Below, piece by piece: positions 1 through 14,425 of a stretch of 64,000 nt of DNA. A program made the position numbers and the translations under genes. Numbering within the stretch: the stretch's first letter is position 1; each line of letters opens with the position of its first letter. The notes beneath the pieces are model-generated. The model ran no database searches. It was not told where the DNA came from and saw nothing but the letters and a program-made list of their open reading frames with translations. Location: assembly GCA_951406725.2 (NCBI GenBank), contig OX597832.1, positions 64,914,001 through 64,978,000 on the forward strand, written 5' to 3'. Origin of the DNA: Octopus vulgaris (taxonomy: Eukaryota).

Positions 1-489
1 AGAGGAGGAGAAAAGAAAGAGAATGGAAAGAGAAAGAGGGGTATGGTTCGAGAATGATGGCCACTACGTAACTGGCAATGTAGCAATCTAGAATGGAAAG
101 CAGTCTACCTCGGTAAGATTTTAATTCATGAGAGAAAGAGAGAAACTCTTATAAAATACAGCAAGTCCTGCTCTCCCCGATACTCTACCAACTCATTCGC
201 CCACAGAGAAACATGTACAAAACCCATGTGCAGAGGCACGTCCACTTATATGTGTTTACAGAGATCTTCACATAATGCATTCATATATATATATGTGCGT
301 GTGTGCTGTGTGGTAACCTTACAATCTTAATTTGTGCAATCGAGTTATTTATTCCCTGAGAGTGCTCTGCAACTAATTAGATTGGGGAGCTATGATCTAT
401 GTCTTTCTGAAATTAATGAGCGGAAATAATGAATCTGGAACATACATAAAGAAAATGTTTCTGTCGCTATGTACATCTAGTGTGTGTGT

Positions 490-528
<39 letters not shown>

Positions 529-1146
529 CGTGTGTGTGTACGCGCATATATGAATCTCATACGTTGTGTATGAACGGATCGATGTATGGATCTTATGATT
601 GATGATTCACGCCTGGAACTCGTTTTATGATACATAGGTCCGCGTGTTTAAGGCTGAGCTGGGACTTAGCTGCTGCTGGTGCTGCTGCTACTACATATGC
701 TAACGCACATCGACACATACGCACACATAGCAGATAGCCACAGATGTATACTTTGAACAATATACAGTACTTATCAGCGAGTAAATAAGGGCGGCTGCGT
801 GGTTACCCAGCATGCTGAAAGTAGTCCCAACATCTCCCTCAAGTTATACGCTACAGTCTCATAAAGAGAACGATTTATTAAATGATGCCATTATACACAC
901 ACAAATGAGTTGACAAACGAAAGAAGCAGGCACTTAACACATTTAGTTGGGAGAAACATGTATTATCAAAAACAGTTTGATTCGGTTCCATGCAAGTTAC
1001 AGTTTCGTTGGCTCCTCACAGAAACCTAGTTCGTCGGTCAACGACTGCAACAAGAGTGTGTGTGTGTGTGTGTGCGTGCATGTGTATGTGTACGCGCGCG
1101 CTCGCACGCACTGCTGTATCAGCGCCAAGCAATATTTAAGCAGAAG

Positions 1147-1756
1147 CGAACTTTACGTTAAAATATGTTTGTGACATGTTGCAACTTGTATGGGCAAATT
1201 TACTGCAGCAACCGTGGAGGAAAAAAACCTAAACATTCTCTAATCTGCCCAGTGGTGCCCTCTATCGGATTCCCACACCAATGAGAAATACCAAATATGG
1301 GAATCCGTCAGGATGCAACACTGCACGGATGAGGTGTTTTAATTCATTTTTGTCCTAAGAGAATTTTTTGCCTGCGGTAAACTGCAGTGAATTTCCCTTT
1401 AGAAGCTGAAATCTGTCAATAAACATTTTTGACTAAAGTTTGGTTATACCAAACCACAGCGGATACTGCTGAATTCCTTCCGTTCAGGCACTCCAATAGC
1501 GCAACTCAATGTTGTTGACTCCACTTTAGTTAAAGCTACAGCTGTATATCTGCCCAGAATTACCTCAATTGGGTTTCTACCATTGAGGAAGGCTGAAGAG
1601 CCAGGATCGCTGTGTCTGGGAATTCTATGAAGGGCAACACAGGGTAGACATTCTGTTTTTGCACTTGTTACTACAAGAGAGCTTTCCCTCCACTGTTACT
1701 GCACTAAATTCGACTTTAGAAGTTGATATCTGTCACAAATATTTAACTTTAGTTCG
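1147..1756. mobile_element. ~610-bp non-autonomous TIR (MITE/foldback-like) element with an internal diverged direct repeat
   Basis: 1147-1220 (cgaact..gttaaaatatgtttgtgaca..caacttgta..aatttactgcagcaaccgtggagg) is an imperfect reverse complement of 1687-1756. 1243-1420 is a diverged copy of ~1549-1737. Confidence 0.6.
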
Positions 1757-1762
1757 CACATC

Positions 1763-1810
<48 letters not shown>

Positions 1811-1821
1811 GTCTGTCTGCT

Positions 1822-1859
<38 letters not shown>

Positions 1860-1909
1860 TCTATCTGTCTATCTTCCCATCTATCTATCTATCTATCACA
1901 TAACAATCT

Positions 1910-2545
1910 TGCCGCAGTCGTTGGCCTGCAGCCATGCTGGGGCATTTCCTTGAAGGGTTTAGTCGAACAAATCGACCCCAGTACTTATCTAAATTTGGTC
2001 CTTTTTTCTATAGGTAGCTTTCACTGAACGCAAAGTTGCGGGTAATTAAATAAACAGTGGTTGTCAAGTGGTAGGAAAGAAGGACTAACACTGCAGAAAT
2101 ACCTGTCGAGCACATTGCACAGTAGTTCAAGAGGTAGCTTTGTTATAGGATGTTATACGGATTCAGTCGGAGAATTGTGTGTCTGCGGAATATGCATCCA
2201 TTTCTGTGTTGATTCAGCTGTAGAGAATTCGGTTGATCGAGCAACAGAGTCCGCATCATGGAATGATGGAGATCCACTCTTATCTTTCCGTCTAGCTGTA
2301 TGCATGAATGTTTGTGTGTTCTTTTGTTTTTGTCATTAAAACGCGGCCATGCTGGGGCACCGCCTTGAAGAATTTTAATCGGACGACTCGTCCGCAGTAA
2401 ACATACAAACATTGAGCGGTTGTCGAGCAGGGTTCACACACACACACACACACGACAGGCTTCTTCTAATTTCCGTTTACCAGATCTACTCAAAAGTCTT
2501 TAATCAGCCTGAGGTTATAGTAGAAGATACTTGCCCAAGGTGCTG
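1910..2545 (-). mobile_element. Two fragments of SINE family A (~1910-2080 and ~2325-2545)
   Basis: Contain gcggccatgctggggcaccgccttgaag, tttccgtttaccagatc and gaagatacttgcccaaggtgc, which match the reverse complement of the 48459-48878 copy. Confidence 0.8.
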
Positions 2546-3229
2546 GACATTGACAGGACGTGATGTTAAGTTAAGAACCAACCACTTTAGCGAAATCTGG
2601 TACTGAAGATTAGCATTCTTTTTCTGATGATGTTCAAAGAAGACTAGAAACTTGTCCGGTCAGTACTGCATTTTCTGTGCCCACAATTATTTAAAATCCT
2701 GTGGTATGACCACCATTTTCTTTCTTTTTTCTTTCTTTTATTTGGTTTTGCGTGTCACAGGTCAAAGAATCCCATTTTTATTAAAAATGTAAAACTTACA
2801 TTTATAACTGTTGAAAGTACGGTGTTATGCATTCTATATTGATTAGTTAATCTACGTTTTTGTATCTGGCTCGCAAGATGATATGAATTCGTGTGGTGAA
2901 ACAAACTTTGCTGTGTCGAGGGAGGGTCATTATGCCAATATCAATAACATACGCACTGTTTCAATTCCTCACCTTTATTGTTGGTCAATTGGTTAAATAT
3001 CTAAGAAATCGTTTAGACAGTCACGGAAGTTAGCTTGACCATTTTAGCCGGGTGTTGCGCACTATCTAAAGTTGTTGGTTATGGAGCGAGATCGCTTCCT
3101 TGATAAATGTTTAACATGAAATCAGTCAAATAGCAGTTTTTCTATACACAAACATTTAAATCCTATTTAGTTCTCTAGCGATCAGTAAACTTCATGGTTG
3201 TGCCTATATCTATGTATCTGTGTGTGTGT

Positions 3230-3286
<57 letters not shown>

Positions 3287-3317
3287 TATATACATACAGA
3301 CACACACACATGCACAC

Positions 3318-3530
3318 ACGAGGGTGTGCTGAAAGGTTCTCGGCTTTGGGTAAAGAAAATATAGGAGTATCAGTTTATTATAATTTCATTCAACATATTC
3401 ATCCCCTTCTCAGATTCACACATCTATTGCAGCGGTCGTTTAGTTTTCTAAGCCCTGTAAAAGAACTCGGAAGGCTGGGCCTCCGATCAGGCCTTTCGCG
3501 ACACAATTTAAAGCCCAAGAACTATATAGT
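3318..3530 (-). mobile_element. Mariner-derived MITE
   Basis: Begins with a mariner-type TIR (acgagggtgtgctgaaaggttctcggcttt). The minus strand carries a decayed transposase C-terminus (..RKLNDRCNRCVNL..EYVE). An opposite-orientation relative lies at 41761-41920. Confidence 0.7.
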
Positions 3531-3544
3531 TATGTACAGTCAAG

Positions 3545-3930
<386 letters not shown>

Positions 3931-4149
3931 TTTATTTTATATTATATATATATATATACATTTACATACTTATCTATCAGTCTCTCTCATTCCTCCTCTC
4001 TCACACACACATATATTATATATATATATATATATATGTATAAATTTAAAATGAGGGTAAGAAATTGGATATTAATTTAATTAACATCAATTTAACACCA
4101 GTGGTCTAGCATATTAAAATCTGAAAGTTCAGTAAATTGTATTATATAC

Positions 4150-4379
4150 ATATGAGAGAGATGACTACTATGTGGACAACCCATATGCTAGAAGTAGATC
4201 CGTTATGGTTTTACCACTAAGAAAAGTTCACAAGAAAAATTTAGCAAACACCAGAACGTTAGCTCGCTTACGTTCTGGTGTTTGCTAAATTTTTCTTGAG
4301 AACTTTTCTTAGTGGTAAAACCATAGCGGATCTACTTCTAGCATAAGGGTTGTCCACATAGTGGTTATCCCTCTCATAT
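4150..4379. repeat. 110-bp inverted repeat with a 10-nt loop (long hairpin)
   Basis: 4150-4259 is the reverse complement of 4270-4379 with 6 substitutions and no indels; the loop is tagctcgctt. Confidence 0.95.
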
Positions 4380-4437
4380 ATATATATAAAGAAAACAAAA
4401 TGACTAAGGAATACATGTTTATCTTATGAGCTTCAAT

Positions 4438-4521
4438 AGCTTACAGCTGTTTCTGCTGTAAGATACATTGGACTCTCATAAGTTGAGTGTCTGAAAAACA
4501 CCTTATAGCTTTATCGGAACA
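4438..4521 (-). ncRNA. Decayed/variant minimal hammerhead in a PLE-like fragment
   Basis: Minus strand reads tgtt CCGATAA a gctataaggtg...tatcttacagc a GAAAC AGCT GTA agct. It has the same architecture as 57305-57385. Confidence 0.6.
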
Positions 4522-4598
4522 TCGGATATGAAGTGCAATTTTTGATAGGGAATAGAATTACAGTTGTGCTTATATAGGAAAGGGCATCAAATATAAGA

Positions 4599-4673
<75 letters not shown>

Positions 4674-5366
4674 TTCTGTCTATGAATATACACACGCATA
4701 CATATATATCAGTCTATCAATATACATACACATCTATCTATCCATCCATCTCTCTCTCTCTATATCTCTCTATCTCACACACACACTCAAACACACACAC
4801 ACACACACATACATACACACGCACGTTTCTGTTTACAAAAGGAGAAATGTACTCAATAGATAGAGTGCATATCTTTTTATTTGACGCCGATGCATCTTGA
4901 ATAGTTGTTCCAAATTTCAAATTGCTGACGTGAAACTGACAGTGACGATACCAGAATCACCCACCGCGAACATGGGTTTTGTGGGAGACGGGTGTGTGAT
5001 TCCACATTAATAGAAAAGTGGATGGGGGAGATAGAGGCAACAGGATTACCATTTTATCAATAAGAGTTACTTGACAATTAATATTAAATCTTCGATCTCA
5101 TCTTACACATACAAACAAACGCGCACGTATGTGCAAAAACCCGACAATTTAAATGCAAACACACACACAATTGGCATTGATACAATGCATGAAAGAGAAG
5201 AGAATGTGTGTGGTTGTTTGTGTGTGTGCCTAAAGTGCGGGTTCCACTTCAAAGAATCCTTCCTGCCGTAATTCTCTGAGCGAGACCGTACTTTCGTCTG
5301 TCTATCCCTCTCATACTAATTTCGTCTCTGCTTTTGCGTTTATCTCTTCTTTCTCAGGTTAGCCTG

Positions 5367-5536
<170 letters not shown>

Positions 5537-5714
5537 CAACTAAGAGATAGGGAGTTAACTAGCTAATTAACTAACAAGCTTCGCAAGCATTTATCCATCT
5601 GTCATTTTAGCGAATTAAGAACACCCACACAAAGTATATCCAAACACACACACAAACACAACACAAGAGTCCCTAATCAAATTATGGCCATATTTACCGA
5701 CTAGTGACACACGA

Positions 5715-5753
<39 letters not shown>

Positions 5754-5945
5754 TATGTGTGTGTGAACATAGTTACAGCACTTCATATAGGCACCAGGAA
5801 GCGCACATAATCTTACAGCTGAGTGTGTGTGTGCATAGGTGTGTGTACTTGAAATACAAACGCAGAAACCCGGCGCCTTGGCATAGGTGCAGACTCTTAA
5901 CACGTTCATTATACATACTACACAGATACGCAAATACGATGAGTG

Positions 5946-5994
<49 letters not shown>

Positions 5995-5996
5995 AT

Positions 5997-6035
<39 letters not shown>

Positions 6036-6143
6036 CAAGAGAGAGCATTCGTAGTATACACAAATATAATTACACACACAACACGCACGAGTATATGTGT
6101 GTATCTGTAGATATACATGTATGTGTTCATACGCAGGCAGACG

Positions 6144-6197
<54 letters not shown>

Positions 6198-7006
6198 CCA
6201 CAGTGTCAATTCAAATAAAAAGGAAGCTTCTTAAGTGGTCGCTCCATATGCATGACATAGCAGCCAATCTTCCTTAAAGCATATACTCCCACTTAATCAG
6301 ATGATCGTATCTAATACTAAAATAACATTAAAATAACGTAGATTTCGACGGCGCCACAAGTGAGATGGAGAGGTCATAGAAAGAAGGCTTTTTATCACAT
6401 GTCTACTTGATCAAAGAGTTGACGTGTAGTAAAACGATAACGAATACAGATACTTATTTCCGTAACACAAGGCTCAGCAACCCTTAAGGTAGTTCTTCCA
6501 GTCAATCCTCTACGTCCTGAGTTCAAATACCGCTATGGTCGACCTCACCTTTTATCACTCCGAGATCGATAAAATAATGTACCAGTCATAGACTAGGGTC
6601 TATATAAACGACTAACCTTCTTCACTCAATTTTTCTGACTTTGTATGCCTGCGCTGGGAAAAATATTAAAAATCTTTGTAGTTATTCATTTGGAGATACT
6701 GGGATACAAAATATTGAACTGTTTAATCAGCACATCGACCGAGAATATATAGTTTGTGGTATGGTTCTTCATTTTATCGATCTTTATACTTTGAATCGCT
6801 AACCTCGATGTGGAAAGGGATACAAACTAAGCAACACCGGTTCTTGGACCGATACAAACAGAAAATGTACACCCCCTCCCACACACACGCACGTATATAC
6901 GCATGTATATGTGTGTGTAAATATACATATATAGTCCTATTAACATGCATATGTACATATATACACATACGCACATATGTATACATAGACATTCATATAT
7001 ACCACA

Positions 7007-7076
<70 letters not shown>

Positions 7077-7173
7077 AACACGCATATACACAGATATATA
7101 CATACAATCGTACGCACACATATGGCTACTCGCATACACCTATATACCCCGAGATATATACAAAAGTGTATAC

Positions 7174-7217
<44 letters not shown>

Positions 7218-7930
7218 GCGCGTGCATATACACACACATACATGCATATATAAACGTACACGCATAAGCATAACATACGTACATGCATATTTACTTACGC
7301 ATATATTCAAATACACGTATATACATATACACTCACACATTGTTACAAACTTATCTTTATATATGTACACATACATGCATACATACATACACCCCTGCAA
7401 ATACACAATCGCTTACGCACACACAAAATTAGCGTGCACGCATACGCTATATACATAGAGGAATTTGTGTGTGTAGCGTACACACACGAAAATTCCCCAA
7501 AATATTTAAGGCCCAGAGCAAATATTAAAGATGTGGAAATGCAACGTACTGTTCTTCATTGGACTCATTATGTTATAGCATATACACATACATATATAGC
7601 CAAATACACACACGTAGACATATATTCACACACACACACACACACACACCAGGGCGCATACGCACATATACGTTTATAAGAGATGGGATTCTGCACATTC
7701 TCCCTTTAAGAAATTCCTCTCGCATAATATTTGGTCAGCTTCAGAATGTAGCGAAACCATTTGCATGTGAGGGGAATGTCGCGCCGAGGAATTGAACCAG
7801 GCACCACGTGGTTGTGAGACTCACCTGTTAACCTACATGCCTTTCTGTCTCATACATACATTATATATATATGTATACATGTTTATATATACACACACAC
7901 AATAAACAGACTCTAATAATAATAATAATA

Positions 7931-7978
<48 letters not shown>

Positions 7979-8041
7979 ATCGGTTGCATTTCTGATTTAA
8001 TATAGATTATTTTGCATACACATTAGTCTTTCACTAGAAGC

Positions 8042-8081
<40 letters not shown>

Positions 8082-8093
8082 TGCTTACATACT

Positions 8094-8178
<85 letters not shown>

Positions 8179-8224
8179 GTGTGTGTTTGTGTGTACATAC
8201 ACACACATAATGTGCTTACATACT

Positions 8225-8273
<49 letters not shown>

Positions 8274-9759
8274 CCCACATATTTGTAGAAGACTGTGAGG
8301 CCTCTGTGTGATCTCTCGACCAACTAGTAAACGTAGTTATGTCGCCATCCAATCGTGCATTAACCGTCTTATAAAAAAAACAGGAACACAATTCCTATCA
8401 TGATCCTAAAAGTCTTATATACTTGAAAAATTTAACAGACGGTCATGCTTTGATTGTCTGACATTATATTTCCTCAAGCACCATTGACCTAGGGTTAAAT
8501 AATTGCTGCAAGCGAGATACATAACACATGCCGTAACGCACATAAACAGACATTAGCACAAACGCACAGACACCAAACAGAAGTACATCGCTTCGGAGCA
8601 AAACTTACAAACACACACAACATATCATGATGAACATATTCACACACACACGGACGTCACTTATCAACATCCCCACGCGCACACACACACACACACTGTC
8701 ACACATTATTTGTAAATTCTGTCAACGTAAATCTATCACTTATTATTGGAAACTTAAGGAACTTTCAGCTTAAAGAAAATCTTATCTCCATACATATACG
8801 CATGTACGAACACATGTTGAAAACGTACACACACACACACACACACACACTTTCAGGATATTATAAATATATATACACACATAGATGCATGTATGTATGT
8901 GTATGTATGTTTGTGTGCGTGTGACTGCTGTGAATGCACTCGGACACACACACACACACATATGCATAATCGTGCATATAAACCTACACACGAACACACA
9001 CACACACACGCACACACACACACACTCACACACGCGCACTTATATATGTGCATACGGTAATTGATATACATGTATAGATTTACATTGACACATACTTGTG
9101 TTATGTATATGCACATATACATGTGTGTATATAAAATACACATGAACATGTATGTATATACTACAATGAACGATGCCTAGTTTTCATGCGTAAATGTATA
9201 GATGTGATATATACTCACATACACACGTATATGTTCACCTATGTTTCTTTGCAAAGCGAAGCACAATATTATATATGTGTGTGTCTATGTGATACATACA
9301 CATATATTGCAGTTTATGTGCCTGCTTCGTTCCATATACGCATGCACACGCGCACACAATCTCATCACTCATCACGTTTGATGTCCTCCCTACCCGACCA
9401 CCGTAATGCTCGCCAATTTTTGTACGTACCGAGTTTTGTGGATTAAATGTTACATGAAGCTGAAAGCAATTACGAACAGTACAATAATCATAATGAACAA
9501 TGTTAATTATAAACAATGCTAATTATCAGAGTCAAATTGAATAGATCGCATATACGTTACACGCACGCAACGAAATACATAAAACTGCGTGAACTTTATA
9601 TGAATTTTTGTTTTTAATCTCAAAACTAATGTAATCAGAAAGAGTAACTCTTGAAAATTCAATATTCAAATAAAAATTTTAGTTTTAAATATACTTCAAT
9701 TGATACTCTATAGGTAAATAATTATTGTCAGGTAGCATATATATAGTCATGTACATATA

Positions 9760-9827
<68 letters not shown>

Positions 9828-10075
9828 CACACACACATCTGATCATATTTACATATATGTATTCTTGTACATATTTTAATATATATATATATATATATTG
9901 GTTCATATACATATGTGTATGTATTTGTATAATACACACGTGCGTGTGTGAAAAAATTGTATATTTGTAAGCATACAAAGATAACGAGTGTTTCTCCATG
10001 TGTATACGTGTGTATACATATGTGTGTGTGTTTATATATGCATATGAATTCACACACATATATATGCATATAAAC

Positions 10076-10203
10076 CTACACAACAGACGGCAAAAAATGA
10101 AATTTTTGAAAGTTGGCACAACAGAAAAAAAATAGCAAAAACAAAAAAATTTCATTATGTTACATTCTGACACTGGAACCGAACTCGGTACTGAACGGTC
10201 CAT
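10076..10203 (-). CDS. Candidate first coding segment (MDRSVPSSVPVSECNIMKFF...), possibly a signal peptide, within a putative exon 10318-10076
   Basis: Acceptor gctttttAG at 10320-10319. The ATG at 10203 is the first in-frame ATG after an upstream stop, and a second ATG lies at 10155. A hydrophobic stretch follows, then a possible weak donor AG|GTTTAT at 10075. No homology recognised. Confidence 0.35.
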
Positions 10204-10381
10204 TCTTGGAATAGTACAGTTGTCAATTTGATACTCTCTGTATCTTTAATTTTTGCCGTTTCCTTTCATTTAACTATTAACTTTCCTCTTCCAGTTGTTT
10301 ACACGTATAGAAGAATTTCTAAAAAGCAATCCCGATGAATAAGGTTGGGTGGGTGAAGAAATTATCTCGATATCATTGCAG

Positions 10382-10476
<95 letters not shown>

Positions 10477-10746
10477 ATCTACCCATTTATCTATCTATCT
10501 AAGTTCGGTATGCGGAATTAAGAATATGAGTAAGAAGTGAAGATTAACTGTAATGGTTTCATATTTGTGTGTGTGTATGTAAATATACACTCATATACAC
10601 ACACACACATACATACATATAAATGTTAAGAGAAGCGGGTACATGGATAAAAGAACACACACATACATGCATGTATGTATGTATTAGTGCATGTCTATGC
10701 ATATATGTATATAACTATGCAAAAATATGTACAAATATTTACTTAC

Positions 10747-12085
10747 CGGATATTGTCAAAATGGTAGAGCCAAATTGTAAACCAATATATGTTTTGTATT
10801 AAGAGTATTGTTACTCTTCATATAGGTGTTATGATACAGATGATAATAATAATAATAATAATATCCTCTTAATATTTCGTTTCTTTCACTTGTTTGTGTT
10901 TATAATGCTTCAAGACTCGTCACATATATGTATATACATATATATATGTATATATGTATATAAGTAGATAGATAGATATGTATTGATGTATCGAGTGTGT
11001 TCTATGTGTGTGTGATTTCCTAAGTTTTGTTATTTCATTGCTGTATTTTGTTCAATTTCAACAAAATCAAATATAAATACATATATACATATATATGTAT
11101 GTATTTATGTAGAAGTGCGAGGCTTTTTTTACTTCGTTTTTCTGTTTAAGTTTTGTGTTTATATTGATATTATCGAAGCATTATATTAATTTATAGTTGC
11201 TGATAACCTTTTTGTGTATATAGAGTGCAACTATTCGTAAATAAGCACACACCGATATAATATATATATAAATGCTTCTATGTATATATGCCCCTAAGTT
11301 TGTGTATAAATGCTACGAAGTCTGTCTTTGCAGCGGTATGATGTGTATATATAAACTGAAAACTATATCCACAATGTTTATAGTCAAATTATTCTTACAA
11401 ATATGTTTATACGAGTAATGTACACATACATAGATATATTCACACGCGTTTATGTATGCATATATATTATAGTACAATTAAATGCTTCTTATAATAGTTT
11501 AAACGTATATTAGCTGATGCGTATAGCACAATGTGTGTGTGTGTTTGTTCGCATTGGTCGTTTTTTCTTTCTTTTTTCAACTTGTTTATATTTAACAATG
11601 TGAGCGTGTGTATATATTTATATATATACGTTTGTGTATTCGATATTCTTGATTTTTATAATTCAAACAATATTTCGAATGCTTATTTTTTTCCTATTTG
11701 TAAATTTTGTCAATACATTCTCAAGCAATTGTTTGGCTTTTTTTAAAAAAAATATCACAAACTTCACTCTCGTCGCAAATACCTTAATAATAATAATAAT
11801 AATAATAATAACAATAATAATAATAATAATAATAGAAACGGTTTATATCTTTGGCACTAGTTATAACACTAATATTACCAATAATAAGCACAATAAACAG
11901 TTGCAACGGTTATAAAAGCTAATATTGCACGCTGTGTTTGTATAACTGTATATGTATATATGGATAGGTAGATGTATGCTGTTTTACGTACGAATTGTGT
12001 GTGTATAATATGCACATACTTCAATTTATGTGTGTGTGTGTGCCTGTTTGTGAAACATATCTATCTATATATGAATGAGTCAAAG

Positions 12086-12120
<35 letters not shown>

Positions 12121-13288
12121 TATGAAATGTGCTGTTAAAATTTAGGTATTAATTATTCCGTGTAAAAAGGTAGATATATAAACGTGAGGTTTCTCTCCTT
12201 GAGTAAAAAAAGTTTTGCCCGTTTGAACGTGTTGACAGGGTGCGGGTAATAAACTCCTTGTTTATATGTATATAAATTGATATACATACACATACATATA
12301 TATATATATGATATATAAATATTTATATATTAATTATAAAAATTACATTCATACGTACAAACATACATTTATATATATCTATATACAAATATATAGATAT
12401 TTATATATATTTATATATATATATATATATACTCACACACACATATTATATATTATATATATACATATATATACATACATGTATGTATATATATACTGAC
12501 ATCGGCTTCAATATCATATGGATATGCTATGAAATACTCCGTTGTGAACACATGGTCCTCGCATTCGGTACAGCGTTTTCAACCGACAAGAATATATAAA
12601 CAAGCGAGAACTGCATCGACAACATCCCCCGTTCTATAATGAAACCGCCCTCTACACCACAACCGACTACGACGATGACGACGATGACGATCACGACGAC
12701 GGCGATACCATCGCCATGACAGTATTGAGAATAATGACGGTGGTGGTGGTGACAGTGGTGATGGTTGTAGCGAGTAGCGAAGATGGCGGCGACTGCGGTG
12801 GCTGCTGTTGCGAAGATGGCGGCGACGACGGTGGTACACGATCGCTTTTATGTCGATGTCGGAGGAGGAGAAGAAGAAGGAAGGTGCAGGTGGAGGTGAG
12901 GGCGGCGGCGGCGACGTATTTTTGTTGTGATGAGGGTGTGAGGGGTGGGGAAAGAAGCGAACACGACCACAACCGCCATAATGTACTATTTATTATCATC
13001 ATAAACATCATTATCATTAACATTATCGCCATTATCATCATCGATAATAATGATAATAACAAAGAACAACAATAATACTCGTTATTAATATTAATTTAGT
13101 CTTGTGTTAAATAAATCAATGTGATTAATGGTAGCAATATCTTTATTATTATTTTTATTATTGCCCCTGTGGCAAAGAAAAAAAAAATCATTGCTTTTCG
13201 TTAATATTAATGCCATTTTATTATTTCTAATATTAAATAAATATAAATTAAAAAAAACCAACGATTATTATTAATAGTGTTATTTTCC

Positions 13289-13366
<78 letters not shown>

Positions 13367-13677
13367 AACAGTAGTAGTAGATGTTTTAGTAATATCGGTG
13401 AAGATAATGCTGATGATGTTGATGGTGATAGTGAACGGGGATGATAATGTCGGCACCATCATCATCACCACCATCATCATAATTATCATTAGTTGCAGCG
13501 GCAGCATCACCAACCATGACTTGCCGGCAATAGCAGCAGCAGCAGCAGGGTCAGCAGCAGCAGCAGTAATCGTAGCAATAGTTAGTAATGCAACAAGTAG
13601 TAGTAGTAGTAACAGCAGCAGTCATTTATTAGTAGTATCGAAGCCTTAGTAGCAACAGCAGCAGCAGCAGCAGTAGC

Positions 13678-13714
<37 letters not shown>

Positions 13715-14010
13715 CTGGTGCGCGCCGGTAGTAATTCTTAGCGTGTGTGTGTATGGTGGCAGTTGTAATAGTGGTAGTAGTAGTAGTAGTAGTACAAGTG
13801 TTAGCTGTTGTGGTTGTAGTCGTGGTGGTGGTGGCTTTCGTTATACTTTGCTAGTGTAAGAGTGTTTGCCTGTGACGGTCTCGGTGGTAGCCGCACCACC
13901 AGCAGCAGCAGCAGCAGCAGTAATAGCGACAGCAGCAACGCAGCAGCGTCGGTGTTGTTCGAGTTGTTGTTGTTATAGGTTAGTTGATGTTAATGCCGTA
14001 ACGCAGGTTT
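10747..14010 (-). other. Candidate long non-coding first exon / 5'UTR region (5' boundary uncertain)
   Basis: Ends at a consensus donor CCG|GTAAGT (plus strand acttac, 10741-10746) that pairs with the acceptor at 10319, giving a 428-nt intron. No SINE copies noticed. The 12500-14000 part is CpG-rich with CAG/TAG/GAC triplet runs. Confidence 0.4.
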
Positions 14011-14025
14011 GTTCTGTCTGTCTGC

Positions 14026-14058
<33 letters not shown>

Positions 14059-14105
14059 ACATAAGCGCGCGCACACACACACATAACACATACATACACA
14101 CACAC

Positions 14106-14157
<52 letters not shown>

Positions 14158-14387
14158 CACAACACACAAACGCAATATATATACATATACTATACACGGC
14201 ACCCACATACACATATGCTACATGCACACATACGTACTATAAACACCACGCATACATGTATACATACTACTACACACACACACACACACATACACACACA
14301 CAACGAAGTCCTGCAACGCCTTCCTTTGCTCACCCTTATTCTACCTCAAATTTCCTCGCTGTTTCTTTCTTTCTTTCTTTCTTTCTT

Positions 14388-14425
<38 letters not shown>

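Noticed and set aside
2600-2666. Hammerhead-like arrangement CTGAAGA...GAAAC...GTC agtac
   Set aside because: Stem I pairs only if a 2-nt deletion is assumed, and stem III is not palindromic. It may be a relic but is not supportable.
12579-13075. Arg-rich 'protamine-like' ORF and overlapping Pro/Ser- or Gly/Asp-rich ORFs
   Set aside because: They arise from GAC/GGC/GGT triplet runs open in several frames on both strands. The Arg-rich ORF starts at GTG and no domain is recognisable.
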